DNA of 64,000 nucleotides from Hyphomonas sp. GTDB taxonomy: Bacteria; Pseudomonadota; Alphaproteobacteria; Caulobacterales; Hyphomonadaceae. A program made the translations under genes and the position numbers. Below are positions 45,311 through 55,704 of this stretch, piece by piece; within the stretch, counting starts at the first letter, position 1; every line of letters starts with the position of its first letter. The stretch covers positions 83,589-147,588 of the forward strand of contig NZ_JAGYJH010000001.1 in assembly GCF_018402285.1 (NCBI RefSeq), in the 5' to 3' direction. The notes below the pieces were generated by a model. It was not told where the DNA came from and did not search any database. It was given only the letters and a program-made list of their open reading frames with translations.

Positions 45311-46266
45311 GCCAGCCGTTCCTTCGGATAAGCCGGGTAGCTCGCCTTCATCACGCCGTGATTGAGCAGCATCTCGGCGACCTGCTTCTGGCCGGAGGCA
45401 TCAAAGATCCGGGTGCGTATCCAGTAATTCTCCGCGCGGCGGGATTCAGACAGCGCTACCACTTCGCGGCGCAGCACATATTCCTCACCCACAAACAGCG
45501 GTCCTGCGATCATCCGGATCTCGAGATCAGCAAACAGGCCAATGCTTGGATGCTTCACGGGGAAGCGTGCGCCATGGCTGGAATAGTTTGCCAGCACACT
45601 GACCATCTCCAGCGGCACAACCGCTCTGCCCCAGGGCGAAGCGGACGCCTCTGAATACATCGGATTGTTCTCGGTGATGACCTTGAGCTTCTCGGCCAGT
45701 GAAAAGGGATAGAGATCACCCATGTTCTGGTCCGGTCCCATCCGGACGCGCTCCTGGGAGGCGCCCTGCATGCCGACCTTCATGTCCGCAAGGATCACCA
45801 GGTCATTGGCTGGCCGCAGGGTTTTCATGCGGCCTTCCAGCAGCGTCTCGCCATGATCGGGTCCCAGCGTCGCGCTTGCCTCCAGCACGGGCGTGCCGTC
45901 CTCCTTGAAAGCGCGCGCCTGGGTGCGCGTGGCGCCCGGCGCTGGCCGGTCGATCTCGGCGCGCACTTTCTCGCCGTCAAACACCATGTTGAGGAAGTGG
46001 CAGGAAAAACACCCTTGCTCGAACCAGACATTTCCCCAGACCCCGGCAAGCAGCGGCACGAATTGCTGGAAATGCGTCGGGCCTTCTATGGGGCCGGCCT
46101 TGATGCCCAGCCGCGCGGCCTCGGCATCATCGTGAAGCGATTTGTGGCCGCCATATTTCTGCTCGGTCAGCATGTTGACGGGGCTTCTCAGGGGGCCTTT
46201 GAGAATATCGGACATGATTGCTCCTGTGCTTTTACCGACAGTGCCACTTTCAGAGTTCTCCGTCAC
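45307..46266 (-). CDS. Hypothetical protein, possible double hotdog fold
   Basis: SLHDD..A.RLG.KAGPIEGPTH resembles a MaoC-type hydratase motif; coupled to both neighbours. Confidence 0.55.
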   Translation of the reverse strand: MTENSESGTVGKSTGAIMSDILKGPLRSPVNMLTEQKYGGHKSLHDDAEAARLGIKAGPIEGPTHFQQFVPLLAGVWGNVWFEQGCFSCHFLNMVFDGEKVRAEIDRPAPGATRTQARAFKEDGTPVLEASATLGPDHGETLLEGRMKTLRPANDLVILADMKVGMQGASQERVRMGPDQNMGDLYPFSLAEKLKVITENNPMYSEASASPWGRAVVPLEMVSVLANYSSHGARFPVKHPSIGLFADLEIRMIAGPLFVGEEYVLRREVVALSESRRAENYWIRTRIFDASGQKQVAEMLLNHGVMKASYPAYPKERLA

Positions 46267-47510
46267 GCCTTTGCGCGCCCGCTTTCCGCGCCAAACAGGC
46301 GCAGTGCGAGATAGCTGAGCGCGACGAGGATCGCCGAGAGGATCAGTGCCAGCATGGCCGTACCGTTCCAGCCTGCATGGTCATAGACAAAGGTAGCGCC
46401 CCAACTGGCGATGCCGCCGCCGATGAACATCAGGCCGATATAAGCCGTCATCAGCCGCGTGCGCACGTCCGGCGGCAGGCCGAGAAACGTCATCCGTCCC
46501 GTCACGTCGATGAGCGGGCCAACCACATTCATGAGCGTCAGCGGAATGATCAGCAGCCAGAGGCTATGCCCGAACACGCCGAGCAGGCACACGCCGGAAA
46601 ACTGGATCAGCGAGATGATGAAGCGCGCTTTCCTCGCCCCGATCCGGTCAGCCCAGGCGCCGAGCGGGGCCGTGGTCACGAGGTTTAAGAGGGCAAGGGC
46701 CGCCAGATAGCCCACCGTGTCGGTGCCGTATCCCATCTGGGGCGATGTCAGGTGCAGGCCGAGGGTCAGCCAGACCGACAGGAAGATGCCAAAGCCGACG
46801 CCCTGGATGGTTCCCGACAAAAGCACTTCAGGATACCGCCGCACAATGGGAATGACCGACAGGACCAGACCAAGATAACTGCCCGCCTTTTCGCTGTCGC
46901 TGCGTTCGGACTTCTCCCGCCCATCCATGATCCGTGGAAGGAGCAGGGTGATCGCCAGCATCACGCCTGCAGCAATGTAGTAAACGGTGCGCCAGCCGAG
47001 ATGTTCCCCGATCCAGCCTGCCCCGACCCGCGCCAGAAGGATGCCGGCAATCACGCCGGTCGTCAGCGTGGCGGTCACCTGCCCCAGCCGCTGCGGCTCT
47101 ACCCGTTTGGACGCATAGGCCGGCAGGAGGTAAGGCGTAATGGTCGAAAACCCTAGAAAGGTCGATCCGGCCACGAACAGCCAGAAACTGGTGGCAAACG
47201 CCATTATCACCAGCCCGAGGAACTGTCCGGCGGCAAAGACGGTGGCCAGCTGCCGGTTGCTGAACCGGTCTCCGAGCGGCAGTAAAAAGAAGATGCCGAG
47301 CGCGAGCGCAATCTGGTTCAGCGCCGGCACAAGCCCGATGCCGGAGGCGGAGACCCCGAAATCCTTGGCGACCAGCGCGATGATCGGATGGATGTAATAG
47401 GCGTTTGCTGTGACCACTGCGCTTGCCAGCGCCAGGAGCAACAGGTCGCGCCGGGTCAGCAGCCGCCGGGCGTTTTCAGGGCGCGGCGGACTGGAAGGCT
47501 CTGCGCTCAC
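46263..47510 (-). CDS. MFS transporter
   Basis: ANAYYIHPI, LPLGDRFS, about 12 TM segments. Confidence 0.85.
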   Translation of the reverse strand: MSAEPSSPPRPENARRLLTRRDLLLLALASAVVTANAYYIHPIIALVAKDFGVSASGIGLVPALNQIALALGIFFLLPLGDRFSNRQLATVFAAGQFLGLVIMAFATSFWLFVAGSTFLGFSTITPYLLPAYASKRVEPQRLGQVTATLTTGVIAGILLARVGAGWIGEHLGWRTVYYIAAGVMLAITLLLPRIMDGREKSERSDSEKAGSYLGLVLSVIPIVRRYPEVLLSGTIQGVGFGIFLSVWLTLGLHLTSPQMGYGTDTVGYLAALALLNLVTTAPLGAWADRIGARKARFIISLIQFSGVCLLGVFGHSLWLLIIPLTLMNVVGPLIDVTGRMTFLGLPPDVRTRLMTAYIGLMFIGGGIASWGATFVYDHAGWNGTAMLALILSAILVALSYLALRLFGAESGRAKA

Positions 47511-48595
47511 CCCGGCATGCCGGCGCGGCGGGCATACTCATAGGCAAACCTTGCCAGCGGCACCACGCGGGCAGCATTGGACTCGGCGTTCGCGCTATTG
47601 GCCGTGCCATCGCGCACGCGCCCGATGATCCCCTGCAGGATGCCGGCCAGGCGGAAGGCGTTGTAGGAAAAGTAATAGTCGAGCTCGGGCAGGCCCTTGC
47701 GGCCGGTATGCTGACAATAGAGGCCTACATATTCTTCCATCGACGGAATGCCCCAGGCCTTGAGGTCCGGGATCGCCATGATCGATCCGCGTGCGGAGTC
47801 TCCTGGCGGCATCACCCAGTTCATGAGGTGGTAGGAGAAGTCCGCAATCGGATCACCCAGTGTCGAGAGCTCCCAGTCAAGCACGGCAATGACTTTGGAC
47901 TCGGTGGGATGGAGGACCATGTTGTCGAGGCGATAATCGCCATGCACAATCGTCGTGGTCTCGCCTGGCGGGATATTTTTCGGCAGCCATTCGATAAGCT
48001 GCTCCATCTCCGGAATATGCATCGTCTCGGAGGCTTTATACTGCTTCGTCCAGCGGTGGATCTGGCGGGCGATATAGTCGCCCTCCTTGCCAAAGCCTTC
48101 CAGCCCCGCCTTGCGCCAGTCGACATTGTGCAGGTCTGCAAAGGTCTTGACCTTCGCCTCGTAGATCGCGCGGCGTTCTGCCGGTGTGGAGTCGGGCAGT
48201 GTGCCATCCCAGAGGATCCGGCCCTCCACCATATCCATCACATAGAAGATGGTGCCCGCCACGTCCTCATCCATGCAAAGCCCATATGGGCGCGCAACCG
48301 GATAGCCGAGGGGGTAGAGCGCGTTGATGATCCGGAATTCACGGTCAACCGCATGGGCGCTGGGCAAGAGGGTGCCTGGCGGCTTGCGGCGCATCACGTA
48401 TTTCTTCTGTGGCGTGATCAGCTGATAGGTCGGGTTGGACTGGCCGCCCTTGAACTGGCGCACCACCAGCGGGCCTTCATAGCCTTCGACATTTTCCTGC
48501 ATCCAGGCGGCGAGCTTGGCTTCGTCAAAACGATGCGACTCGGCCACTTCCTTGGTGCCGGAATACAGGTCCTGTGCGGTATCGCCCTCTGCCAT
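47507..48595 (-). CDS. APH-family phosphotransferase (ACAD10/11 N-terminal-like)
   Basis: GGQSNPTY, SAHAVDRE, HGDYRLDN, LDWELSTLGDP. Confidence 0.9.
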   Translation of the reverse strand: MAEGDTAQDLYSGTKEVAESHRFDEAKLAAWMQENVEGYEGPLVVRQFKGGQSNPTYQLITPQKKYVMRRKPPGTLLPSAHAVDREFRIINALYPLGYPVARPYGLCMDEDVAGTIFYVMDMVEGRILWDGTLPDSTPAERRAIYEAKVKTFADLHNVDWRKAGLEGFGKEGDYIARQIHRWTKQYKASETMHIPEMEQLIEWLPKNIPPGETTTIVHGDYRLDNMVLHPTESKVIAVLDWELSTLGDPIADFSYHLMNWVMPPGDSARGSIMAIPDLKAWGIPSMEEYVGLYCQHTGRKGLPELDYYFSYNAFRLAGILQGIIGRVRDGTANSANAESNAARVVPLARFAYEYARRAGMPG

Positions 48596-48700
48596 TTTGG
48601 TCTCTCTCAATTCTGCCGGATTTTGTGCCGATACCATACAAGCCCATACCGTCCCGCCAAGACCTGCCGCCGCGTCGCGTCGCCTTTTCAGGATATCAGG

Positions 48701-49300
48701 ATGAGAATTGTTTGCCGTTTCAGCGCCTTGATCTTCCTGATCTTTTCCTGCGCCGAGTTGACCGCTCAGGCGAAAATGCCCGATCCGGACGGACGTATCC
48801 GGGCAGAAATCCTGGACCGAGCCCTCGCCGCAATGGAAACGCACGCCCCGAAGGACGCAGACACCGGAAAACTGGTCGTGGTCGATTACAGTCTCCACTC
48901 CAGCAGGGAGCGCCTGTTCGTCATCCATCTGGAAACCGGCTCGGTCTCCGCCTATCGCGCGGCCCATGGCATGGGCACCGACAGGGACCATGATGGCTAT
49001 CTCGACAGCTTCTCCAGCCTCCCCGGTTCACAGGCAAGCAGCGAGGGCACATTCCGTTTTTCCGAAGAATACACCGGCAGGCATGGCCAGTCCTTCCGTC
49101 TGGACGGGCTGGAGGAAACCAATGCCACCGCCCGCGAACGCGCCATCGTGATCCACGCAGCCAGTTACGCCGAGCCCGCCTTTCTTTCCCGGCATGGCAA
49201 GCTTGGGCGGTCGAATGGCTGCATTGTCTTCTCGAAGGACGACCTTGCCCGTTTCAGGGGAGAAGTGCCCGAAGGCACGCTGATCTTTGTTGGCAAATGA
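48701..49300 (+). CDS. Murein L,D-transpeptidase catalytic domain protein
   Basis: Signal peptide; VVDYSLHS, AHG.G, RAIVIH, GRSNGC. Confidence 0.85.
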   Translation: MRIVCRFSALIFLIFSCAELTAQAKMPDPDGRIRAEILDRALAAMETHAPKDADTGKLVVVDYSLHSSRERLFVIHLETGSVSAYRAAHGMGTDRDHDGYLDSFSSLPGSQASSEGTFRFSEEYTGRHGQSFRLDGLEETNATARERAIVIHAASYAEPAFLSRHGKLGRSNGCIVFSKDDLARFRGEVPEGTLIFVGK

Positions 49301-49352
49301 CGCCGCCTATTTTGCTTGATCAGGGCCACCAGAGGCGGCTAAACCGCGCTCC

Positions 49353-49601
49353 ATGACCGATACACCTCCCGACCGCCTGTCCATCTACCCCGATAGCCCG
49401 TTCTACGACTATGACGTGCTCGCGCGCGGCATTGGCGTGAGGTTTCGCGGCGAAGAGAAAACCACTGTCGAGGAGTATTGCATCTCCGAAGGCTGGATAA
49501 AGGTCTCGGCCGGCAAGGCTGTCGACCGTAAGGGGCGCCCGCTTCAGCTCACTCTGAAAGGCCCGGTCGAGGTCTGGTTCAAGGAAGACCCGGCGGCCTG
49601 A
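49353..49601 (+). CDS. DUF3297 family protein
   Basis: PPDRLS, VEEYCISEGW, LKGPVEVWF. Confidence 0.8.
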   Translation: MTDTPPDRLSIYPDSPFYDYDVLARGIGVRFRGEEKTTVEEYCISEGWIKVSAGKAVDRKGRPLQLTLKGPVEVWFKEDPAA

Positions 49602-49697
49602 GCCAGGCGCCTTCCATACCCTGTTTCCGGGGGATGACAGGGCGCTTCAGGTATCAGACACTAAACGGCGACAGTCAAACCTGACAGGGAGCCGCTG

Positions 49698-51110
49698 ATG
49701 TTCTTTGCCCGCCTGATTTTCAGTCTCCTGGCGTTTAGTCTTCTTGTGGTTACAGCGCTTGCGGAGACGCCCTCCCAGGCACAGTTTGAACGCGGCATGG
49801 AGCTTGGCAAGGCGGGCGACATTGACGCGGCCTTACCGCTTATCAGGAGCGCCGCCGAAGCTGGCCTGGCCGAAGCCCAGTACACGCTGGGCACGATGTA
49901 TACCCACGGGCAAGGCGTGGCGCAGTCAAAAACCATCGCGCGCGAATGGTATCACAAGGCCGCCGTCCAGGACCACCCAGGCGCGATCTACAATATCGGC
50001 CTGCATTATGATCGGGGCCTAGAGATCGAGCAGAACCTTGCAACCGCGCTGGGCTATTATGAGCGGGCAAGTGCCCTCGGACATGGGGAGGCGGCCTATA
50101 ATGCCGGGCATATTCTCTTCATGGGGGATGGCGTCGACAAAGACATGGCCAGAGGGCTGACCTTCTTTGAGGTCGCCGCCAAAGCCGGTCTCGGCGGCGC
50201 CAGCCTGGCGCTTGGCTGGGCGTATGAATTCGGTCTTGGGACGGATCAGAATTACAGGCTCGCCAATATGAACTACACCCTCGCCGAACTGAACGGCAAA
50301 CCCTTCGCCAGCCTCTTCAAGGCCGACCTTCACGTAAAAATGAACGAGGAAGCCATCGCCCTGCAACAGGCGGGACGCTTTGCTGACGCGCTCGCCCTCT
50401 TCGATGCAGCGTGCGACGACGCATCGGGCTTTGGATGTTACAATGCCGGTGTCATCCGGCTCGAAGGGCGTCATGGTTTCGCCAGGGATATTCCCCGCGC
50501 CTTAAGCCAGCTGCGTGATGCCTGCATCTTCGAAACGGCTTATGGCTGCCGTGGCCATGCGGCCGCTGTTCTTTACGCGCCTGGCACCCTGCACAAAAGC
50601 GATGTGGAGATGGCCGCCAAACTCATCACGCAGGAATGCGAGGGGGGAGATCAGGGCCAGTGCCTGAACCTGGCCTACATGAAATACTATACCCGGTTTG
50701 GCATGCCCGACGCTGACGGCGCGATCAGCCTGCTCGCCAAAGCGTGCTACAATCATGGTTACAAGCCCGCCTGCAAACCGCATCAGGATCTCTACAACAC
50801 CCAACTCGCGTTGAGCCCGGCCCCCGTCGCGCCGCGCCAGAGAGGCGCCTTCGAACAATCGCTGCATAACGGGCTCGATGCTCTTGCGGGCGGCCTGAAG
50901 GTCTGGGGGCAGGCCGCAGCGGCCTCATCGGGAAGCAGCTACGCTTATGGAAACTATGGCGCGGCCAGTTCGAGTTCGACCACTTATAATCAGATGGACA
51001 CCTACCAGGCCTGGCAGGACAAGCAGGACTTCAACAACTACCTCAGCAGGATGAGTTCCTACGGCTCAGCCTATGCGGCCGGATGCCGTCCGGGAAATCC
51101 CTATTGCTAG
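49698..51110 (+). CDS. Secreted Sel1-like repeat protein
   Basis: Signal peptide; AQYTLGTMY..GQGV repeats; Cys-paired repeats; S/Y/G-rich tail. Confidence 0.85.
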   Translation: MFFARLIFSLLAFSLLVVTALAETPSQAQFERGMELGKAGDIDAALPLIRSAAEAGLAEAQYTLGTMYTHGQGVAQSKTIAREWYHKAAVQDHPGAIYNIGLHYDRGLEIEQNLATALGYYERASALGHGEAAYNAGHILFMGDGVDKDMARGLTFFEVAAKAGLGGASLALGWAYEFGLGTDQNYRLANMNYTLAELNGKPFASLFKADLHVKMNEEAIALQQAGRFADALALFDAACDDASGFGCYNAGVIRLEGRHGFARDIPRALSQLRDACIFETAYGCRGHAAAVLYAPGTLHKSDVEMAAKLITQECEGGDQGQCLNLAYMKYYTRFGMPDADGAISLLAKACYNHGYKPACKPHQDLYNTQLALSPAPVAPRQRGAFEQSLHNGLDALAGGLKVWGQAAAASSGSSYAYGNYGAASSSSTTYNQMDTYQAWQDKQDFNNYLSRMSSYGSAYAAGCRPGNPYC

Positions 51111-51769
51111 CTGCCTGACGCCGCTGGCCCCAGCATCTCTTCGCAATGCACCACATGCTGGGCGCGCACCTGCTCCAGGGCGCGGTGGATCATCGCGCGG
51201 CCCTTGTCATACATCAGCTCCAGCGTGATCCCCCGCAGGGTCAGGATCAGGACGCGCGCATGCACCGTGCACGCCTCGACATCCTTTACGCCCGCCGCGG
51301 TCGCCGTGGCGCGGGTGTCCTGATCGATTTCCGCTTCGATCCGCATCGCAATCGGCCGCAGCGCCTCGCCGAGTGCTGCGTCCCAGCGCGACGCCAGCAA
51401 TGCTTCGGTGACGGCGGCGCCCTCGGGAATTTTCTGGGTCTCCCAGAAGAGGTCGCACATCGCCCGGTAGCGCGCCTGGGCATCGGGCAGGGCCCGCATC
51501 CGCTCGCGCGTATGGGCCATCATGATTTCCATCGCCGCCTCAACCGCGCCGGCGATCAGGGCAGTGCGTGTGGGAAACTGGTGAAGTACCGACCCCCGGC
51601 TGACACTGGCGCGTTCCATCACAGCCTCGATAGAGGTTGCCGCATAGCCCTTCTCGCAAAGGCATTCGATGGCCGACTGGATCAGCTGGCGGCGCGTTTC
51701 TTCGCCGCGCCGCGTAGTCCGGCGCCGGGCGCCAGCTTCCTGGCCAGAGAGGTCTGTTCGCGTCTGCAT
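51107..51769 (-). CDS. TetR/AcrR family regulator
   Basis: GYAATSIEAVMERASVSRGSVLHQFP HTH. Confidence 0.9.
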   Translation of the reverse strand: MQTRTDLSGQEAGARRRTTRRGEETRRQLIQSAIECLCEKGYAATSIEAVMERASVSRGSVLHQFPTRTALIAGAVEAAMEIMMAHTRERMRALPDAQARYRAMCDLFWETQKIPEGAAVTEALLASRWDAALGEALRPIAMRIEAEIDQDTRATATAAGVKDVEACTVHARVLILTLRGITLELMYDKGRAMIHRALEQVRAQHVVHCEEMLGPAASGS

Positions 51770-51819
51770 AACTGACAAAATCAGGCCCCCACAAAGCCGG
51801 TTGGTCAACACCGGAGCCC

Positions 51820-51841
51820 AAATAGTCAACATTGACTATTT
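51820..51841. promoter_or_regulatory. Palindromic operator, probably for the TetR
   Basis: Perfect AAATAGTCAA-CA-TTGACTATTT, containing TTGACT on both strands, in the divergent intergenic region. Confidence 0.75.
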
Positions 51842-51943
51842 AGAGCAGAATGATACGCGTAGACGAAACAGCTGCTCCGCCGGGCGCAGCACCAGAGGCT
51901 CCCGAGAGCCCGAACATAGATCACCGGCCAGGAGGAAACAACA

Positions 51944-52480
51944 ATGACGACAGCTGCCGCAAGGGAACCGTCCGCGTCGACCGGATCAGGCTTTGAAATC
52001 TTCAGATTTACGTCCGCGCCCACCCTCGAGGAGACCGGCCATATGGAAGTGGCAGACCTCGACGAGGACATGCAGGCCGGCATCGGCGGGGCGCTTGAAG
52101 CTGGCTTTGCCGAGGGCAACGTCGTCAAGACACTATTCTCCCGCCCCGGCTTCAGTCTCACCTATGCCTGGTTCAAGAGCGGCTTCCCGCTCCCTCTGCA
52201 TACGCACAACGCCGATTGTCTTTACTACATCGTAGCCGGCACGCTTCAGCTTGGCACCGAAACGCTCGGGGCTGGTGACGGCTTCTTCATCGGCGCCGGC
52301 AAGGCCTATCGCTACACACCCGGCCCGGAGGGCGTAGAAGTACTCGAATTCCGCGGCGAGGAAAACTTCGACATCAGGTTCATGGCGAAAACCCTGCCCG
52401 CCTGGGCAAAGATCACCGATGTGATCAAGGAGCGCCGCCCGGCCTGGGCCACCGAAACGCCGCCCAGCGCCGCGCGCTGA
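51944..52480 (+). CDS. Cupin domain protein
   Basis: PLHTHNADCLYYIVAG, GDGFFI...Y.YTPGPEG. Confidence 0.8.
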   Translation: MTTAAAREPSASTGSGFEIFRFTSAPTLEETGHMEVADLDEDMQAGIGGALEAGFAEGNVVKTLFSRPGFSLTYAWFKSGFPLPLHTHNADCLYYIVAGTLQLGTETLGAGDGFFIGAGKAYRYTPGPEGVEVLEFRGEENFDIRFMAKTLPAWAKITDVIKERRPAWATETPPSAAR

Positions 52481-52494
52481 AGCGAGGCTTGCCC

Positions 52495-53283
52495 ATGACC
52501 CGCAAGAGATTTGAAAACAAGGTCGCCGTCATCACCGGCGCCGCCTCCGGTATCGGCGCGGCCACCGCCCGTCTCCTTGCTCGCGAAGGCGCGCATGTCG
52601 TACTCGCAGACCTCAACGACAATGGCGGGAAATCCATTGCTGCAGACCTTGGCCCGACAGCCATGGCGGTGAAATGCGATGTTTCCAGCGCCGCCGATGT
52701 CGAAGCTCTCATCAAAGCGGCTGTGGAGCGGCATGGCCGCATCGACATCCTCTTCAACAATGCCGGCATCGGCAGCTTCGGCACCAGCGTTGAAGTTCAG
52801 CCTGCAGAATGGGAACGCGTCATCGCGATTGACCTGCACAGCGTCTATTACGCCTGCCACTTTGCAATCCCTCACATGCCGCGCGGCAGCGCCATCGTGA
52901 ATACGGCGTCCATTTCCGGTCTTGGCGGAGACTATCGCTTCGCTGCCTATAACGCCGCCAAGGGCGCTGTGGTGAACTACACCCGCGCCCTCTGCGTGGA
53001 CCATGCCCGGGACGGCATCCGCGTCAACGCGCTGTGCCCCGGCCTCGTCGAAACGCCAATCACGGCAGGCGTCCAGCAACTGCCCGGCCTGCGGGAGGAG
53101 TGGCTACAGCGCATCCCGATGGAGCGCGCCGCCCAGCCCGAAGAGATGGCGAGCGTCGTGGCCTTCCTGGCTTCGGAAGACGCCTCCTATGTAACCGGCA
53201 CGATCATGGTCGCCGATGGCGGACGCACTGCCCATACCGGTCAGCCCGAAGTCGCCCGGTTCGCGCTTCCCCCGGAAAACTGA
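52495..53283 (+). CDS. SDR family oxidoreductase
   Basis: TGAASGIG, NNAG, YNAAK. Confidence 0.9.
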   Translation: MTRKRFENKVAVITGAASGIGAATARLLAREGAHVVLADLNDNGGKSIAADLGPTAMAVKCDVSSAADVEALIKAAVERHGRIDILFNNAGIGSFGTSVEVQPAEWERVIAIDLHSVYYACHFAIPHMPRGSAIVNTASISGLGGDYRFAAYNAAKGAVVNYTRALCVDHARDGIRVNALCPGLVETPITAGVQQLPGLREEWLQRIPMERAAQPEEMASVVAFLASEDASYVTGTIMVADGGRTAHTGQPEVARFALPPEN

Positions 53284-53311
53284 AGCCTTCGAATAAATCA
53301 GGATAAAGATC

Positions 53312-54373
53312 ATGCGCGCCGCTGTTCTTCAGGGCAAAACCCTCACTGTCCGCCAGATGCCGGACCCGTCGCCGCTGGCAGGCCAGCTCCTTGTCCGCCC
53401 CCTGTTCACCGGCATCTGCGGCAGCGACCTCAGCGCGCGCAAGCAGATGGCAGCACTGGCTGACACATTGGCAGACGAGGCGCAGGACCAGATGCCGGCG
53501 ATTATTCCCGGGCATGAATTCTCAGCCGAGATTGTCGGCATTGCGCCGGGCACGGACACGCGCCTGAGAACGGGCGACATCATTACGGGCCTTCCTTTCA
53601 CGCATACCCATGAAGGTCCCCAGACCATCGGCCTGTCACCGGGCCATGGCGGCGGGCTCGCAGAGCTATCCTGCATTGATGCCTCTCGCAGCTTTCGCAT
53701 CCCGGAGGGTGTGCCGCATGATCTGGCTGCCCTGACAGAACCTCTCGCGGTTGGTCTGCATGCAGCCAATCTCGCAAGCCGCAACCGCGCGCCCAATGTC
53801 GTCATCGGCTGCGGCCCGGTAGGCCTCGCGGTGGTCCTCGCGCTCAGTCTGCAAGGCCGGGGGCCGATCCTGGCAGCGGATTTTTCGGCAGAAAGACGCC
53901 GCACCGCCGGGCTTATGGGCGCCGACATCGTGATTGATCCGGGCAAGGGCTCGGCCTTCAGCCATTGGGGCGATCTCGGCCTGAAGACCTATCCGATGTC
54001 GCCGCTGCTGGAGCGGGATTTCCGCGGCTTGCCGCCGGGGGCAAACATCTTCGAATGCACCGGCGCGCAGGGCATGATCGACCAGGTCATCAAGGGCGCC
54101 CCGCCGCATAGCCATATCATCGTTGCCGGTGTCTGCCCGCATGAGGAAAAGTTGACGCCGCTGGAGGGTATCCTCCGGGAACTGACGCTCGAGTTCAGTT
54201 TTGCCTACCGGCCGGAAGAATTCGCCGCCGCCCTCGCCGTCATCGAGGCTGAGCCTGCAAAAGCCGCCCGCCTCATCACCAGCCGCCAACCTCTGGCGAA
54301 CACCGAAGCGGCCTTCGACAGCCTTGCCAAGCGCCCCAGTGAAATCAAGATCCTGATCGATCCGAACGTTTAG
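53312..54373 (+). CDS. Zinc-binding (MDR) dehydrogenase
   Basis: GICGSD, GHEF, GCGPVG; no four-Cys structural zinc loop. Confidence 0.85.
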   Translation: MRAAVLQGKTLTVRQMPDPSPLAGQLLVRPLFTGICGSDLSARKQMAALADTLADEAQDQMPAIIPGHEFSAEIVGIAPGTDTRLRTGDIITGLPFTHTHEGPQTIGLSPGHGGGLAELSCIDASRSFRIPEGVPHDLAALTEPLAVGLHAANLASRNRAPNVVIGCGPVGLAVVLALSLQGRGPILAADFSAERRRTAGLMGADIVIDPGKGSAFSHWGDLGLKTYPMSPLLERDFRGLPPGANIFECTGAQGMIDQVIKGAPPHSHIIVAGVCPHEEKLTPLEGILRELTLEFSFAYRPEEFAAALAVIEAEPAKAARLITSRQPLANTEAAFDSLAKRPSEIKILIDPNV

Positions 54374-55662
54374 GCCTTGAGCGCCCGCCAGCCAATGTCG
54401 CGGCGGCAGAAGCCGCCCGGCCATGTGATTGCGTCAACACCCGCATAGGCGCGGTCAACGGCTTCGCGTAAAGTCGCGCCGCTGGCGGTGACGTTCAGGA
54501 CGCGCCCGCCTTTGGCGACGAGCTTTCCGCCTTCGGCAATGTCTGTGCCCGCATGGAAAACTGTGACGCCGTCAAGGACCTGCGCCGCCCCGAGGCTTTC
54601 AATGACCGTGCCTTTTTCATAGCTGCCGGGATAGCCGTTTGCGGCGAGCACCACGGTGGCGGTTGGCTGGAAGTCTTCCAGTTCCAGCAGCGCCTCAAAG
54701 GCTGCTTCGCTGCCCTTCAGGCCGCCGGTTGCCGCCACGAGGATCGCCGGAACGATGTCGCCCCTCAGGCCCTTCATCAGCACCTGGCATTCAGGGTCTC
54801 CGAAACGGGCGTTGAACTCGACGACCTTGGGCCCTTCAGGCGTTACCATGACGCCGATATAGAGCACGCCCTGATACGGCATCCCGTCTTTGGCCATGCC
54901 CTTGAGCATAGGGCCGGCGATCTGGCTTTTGACCCTCGCCATGATCTCTTCACTGACGACCGGGGCGGGGGCATAGGCGCCCATCCCGCCGGTGTTTGGG
55001 CCAGTGTCGCCATCGCCCACGCGCTTGTGGTCCTGCGCGGCGGGCAGGAAGATCGCGCCTTCGCCATCGGTGATGACGAATATGCTGGCTTCCTCGCCGT
55101 GCATGAATTCCTCGATCACGAGGGTGGCCGACGCATCGCCGAACTTGCCTGACAGCATCTGGTCGATTTCGGCCTCAGCCTCTTCCAGCGTCTCGGCGAT
55201 CACAACCCCTTTGCCGGCGGCGAGGCCATCGGCCTTGAGCACGTAAGGCGCGCGCATCTTGCGCAGGAAAGCCTTGGCCGGGGCTGTTTGGGTGAACTCG
55301 CCATAGGCGGCGGTCGGCACGCCGTATCTTGTCATCCGCCCTTTGGAGAAAGCCTTGGAGGCTTCCAGCTGCGCGGCCGCCTTGGAGGGGCCGAAGACAT
55401 CAAAGCCGCGGGCGCGCAGGATGTCGGAGAGGCCAAGGGCGAGGGGCGCTTCCGGGCCGATCACGACCAGGTCGGGCTCGATCTGGAGGGCGAGCTTTAT
55501 CAGGCCGTCGATGTCATCTACCGCAACATCGAAGCAGGGGCCGACCGCGTCCATGCCGGGATTGCCGGGCGCGCAATGCACCACGTCCACCAGCGGTGAC
55601 TGGGCCATTTTCCAGGCCAGGGCGTGTTCACGGCCGCCCGATCCGATCAGGAGTATGTTCAT
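54370..55662 (-). CDS. purD: Phosphoribosylamine-glycine ligase
   Basis: GSGGREHAL, KADGLAAGKGV, QDHKR, NTGGMGAY, EFNARFGDPE. Confidence 0.97.
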   Translation of the reverse strand: MNILLIGSGGREHALAWKMAQSPLVDVVHCAPGNPGMDAVGPCFDVAVDDIDGLIKLALQIEPDLVVIGPEAPLALGLSDILRARGFDVFGPSKAAAQLEASKAFSKGRMTRYGVPTAAYGEFTQTAPAKAFLRKMRAPYVLKADGLAAGKGVVIAETLEEAEAEIDQMLSGKFGDASATLVIEEFMHGEEASIFVITDGEGAIFLPAAQDHKRVGDGDTGPNTGGMGAYAPAPVVSEEIMARVKSQIAGPMLKGMAKDGMPYQGVLYIGVMVTPEGPKVVEFNARFGDPECQVLMKGLRGDIVPAILVAATGGLKGSEAAFEALLELEDFQPTATVVLAANGYPGSYEKGTVIESLGAAQVLDGVTVFHAGTDIAEGGKLVAKGGRVLNVTASGATLREAVDRAYAGVDAITWPGGFCRRDIGWRALKA

Positions 55663-55704
55663 GGGGCGGCTTGATGCGCTGAGCAGGGCGTGGGATCAAG
55701 CCCC

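Noticed and set aside
47423..49300. 625-aa ORF as one protein
   Set aside because: Only 48701-49300 (signal peptide plus transpeptidase motifs) is credible; the rest is antisense to the phosphotransferase
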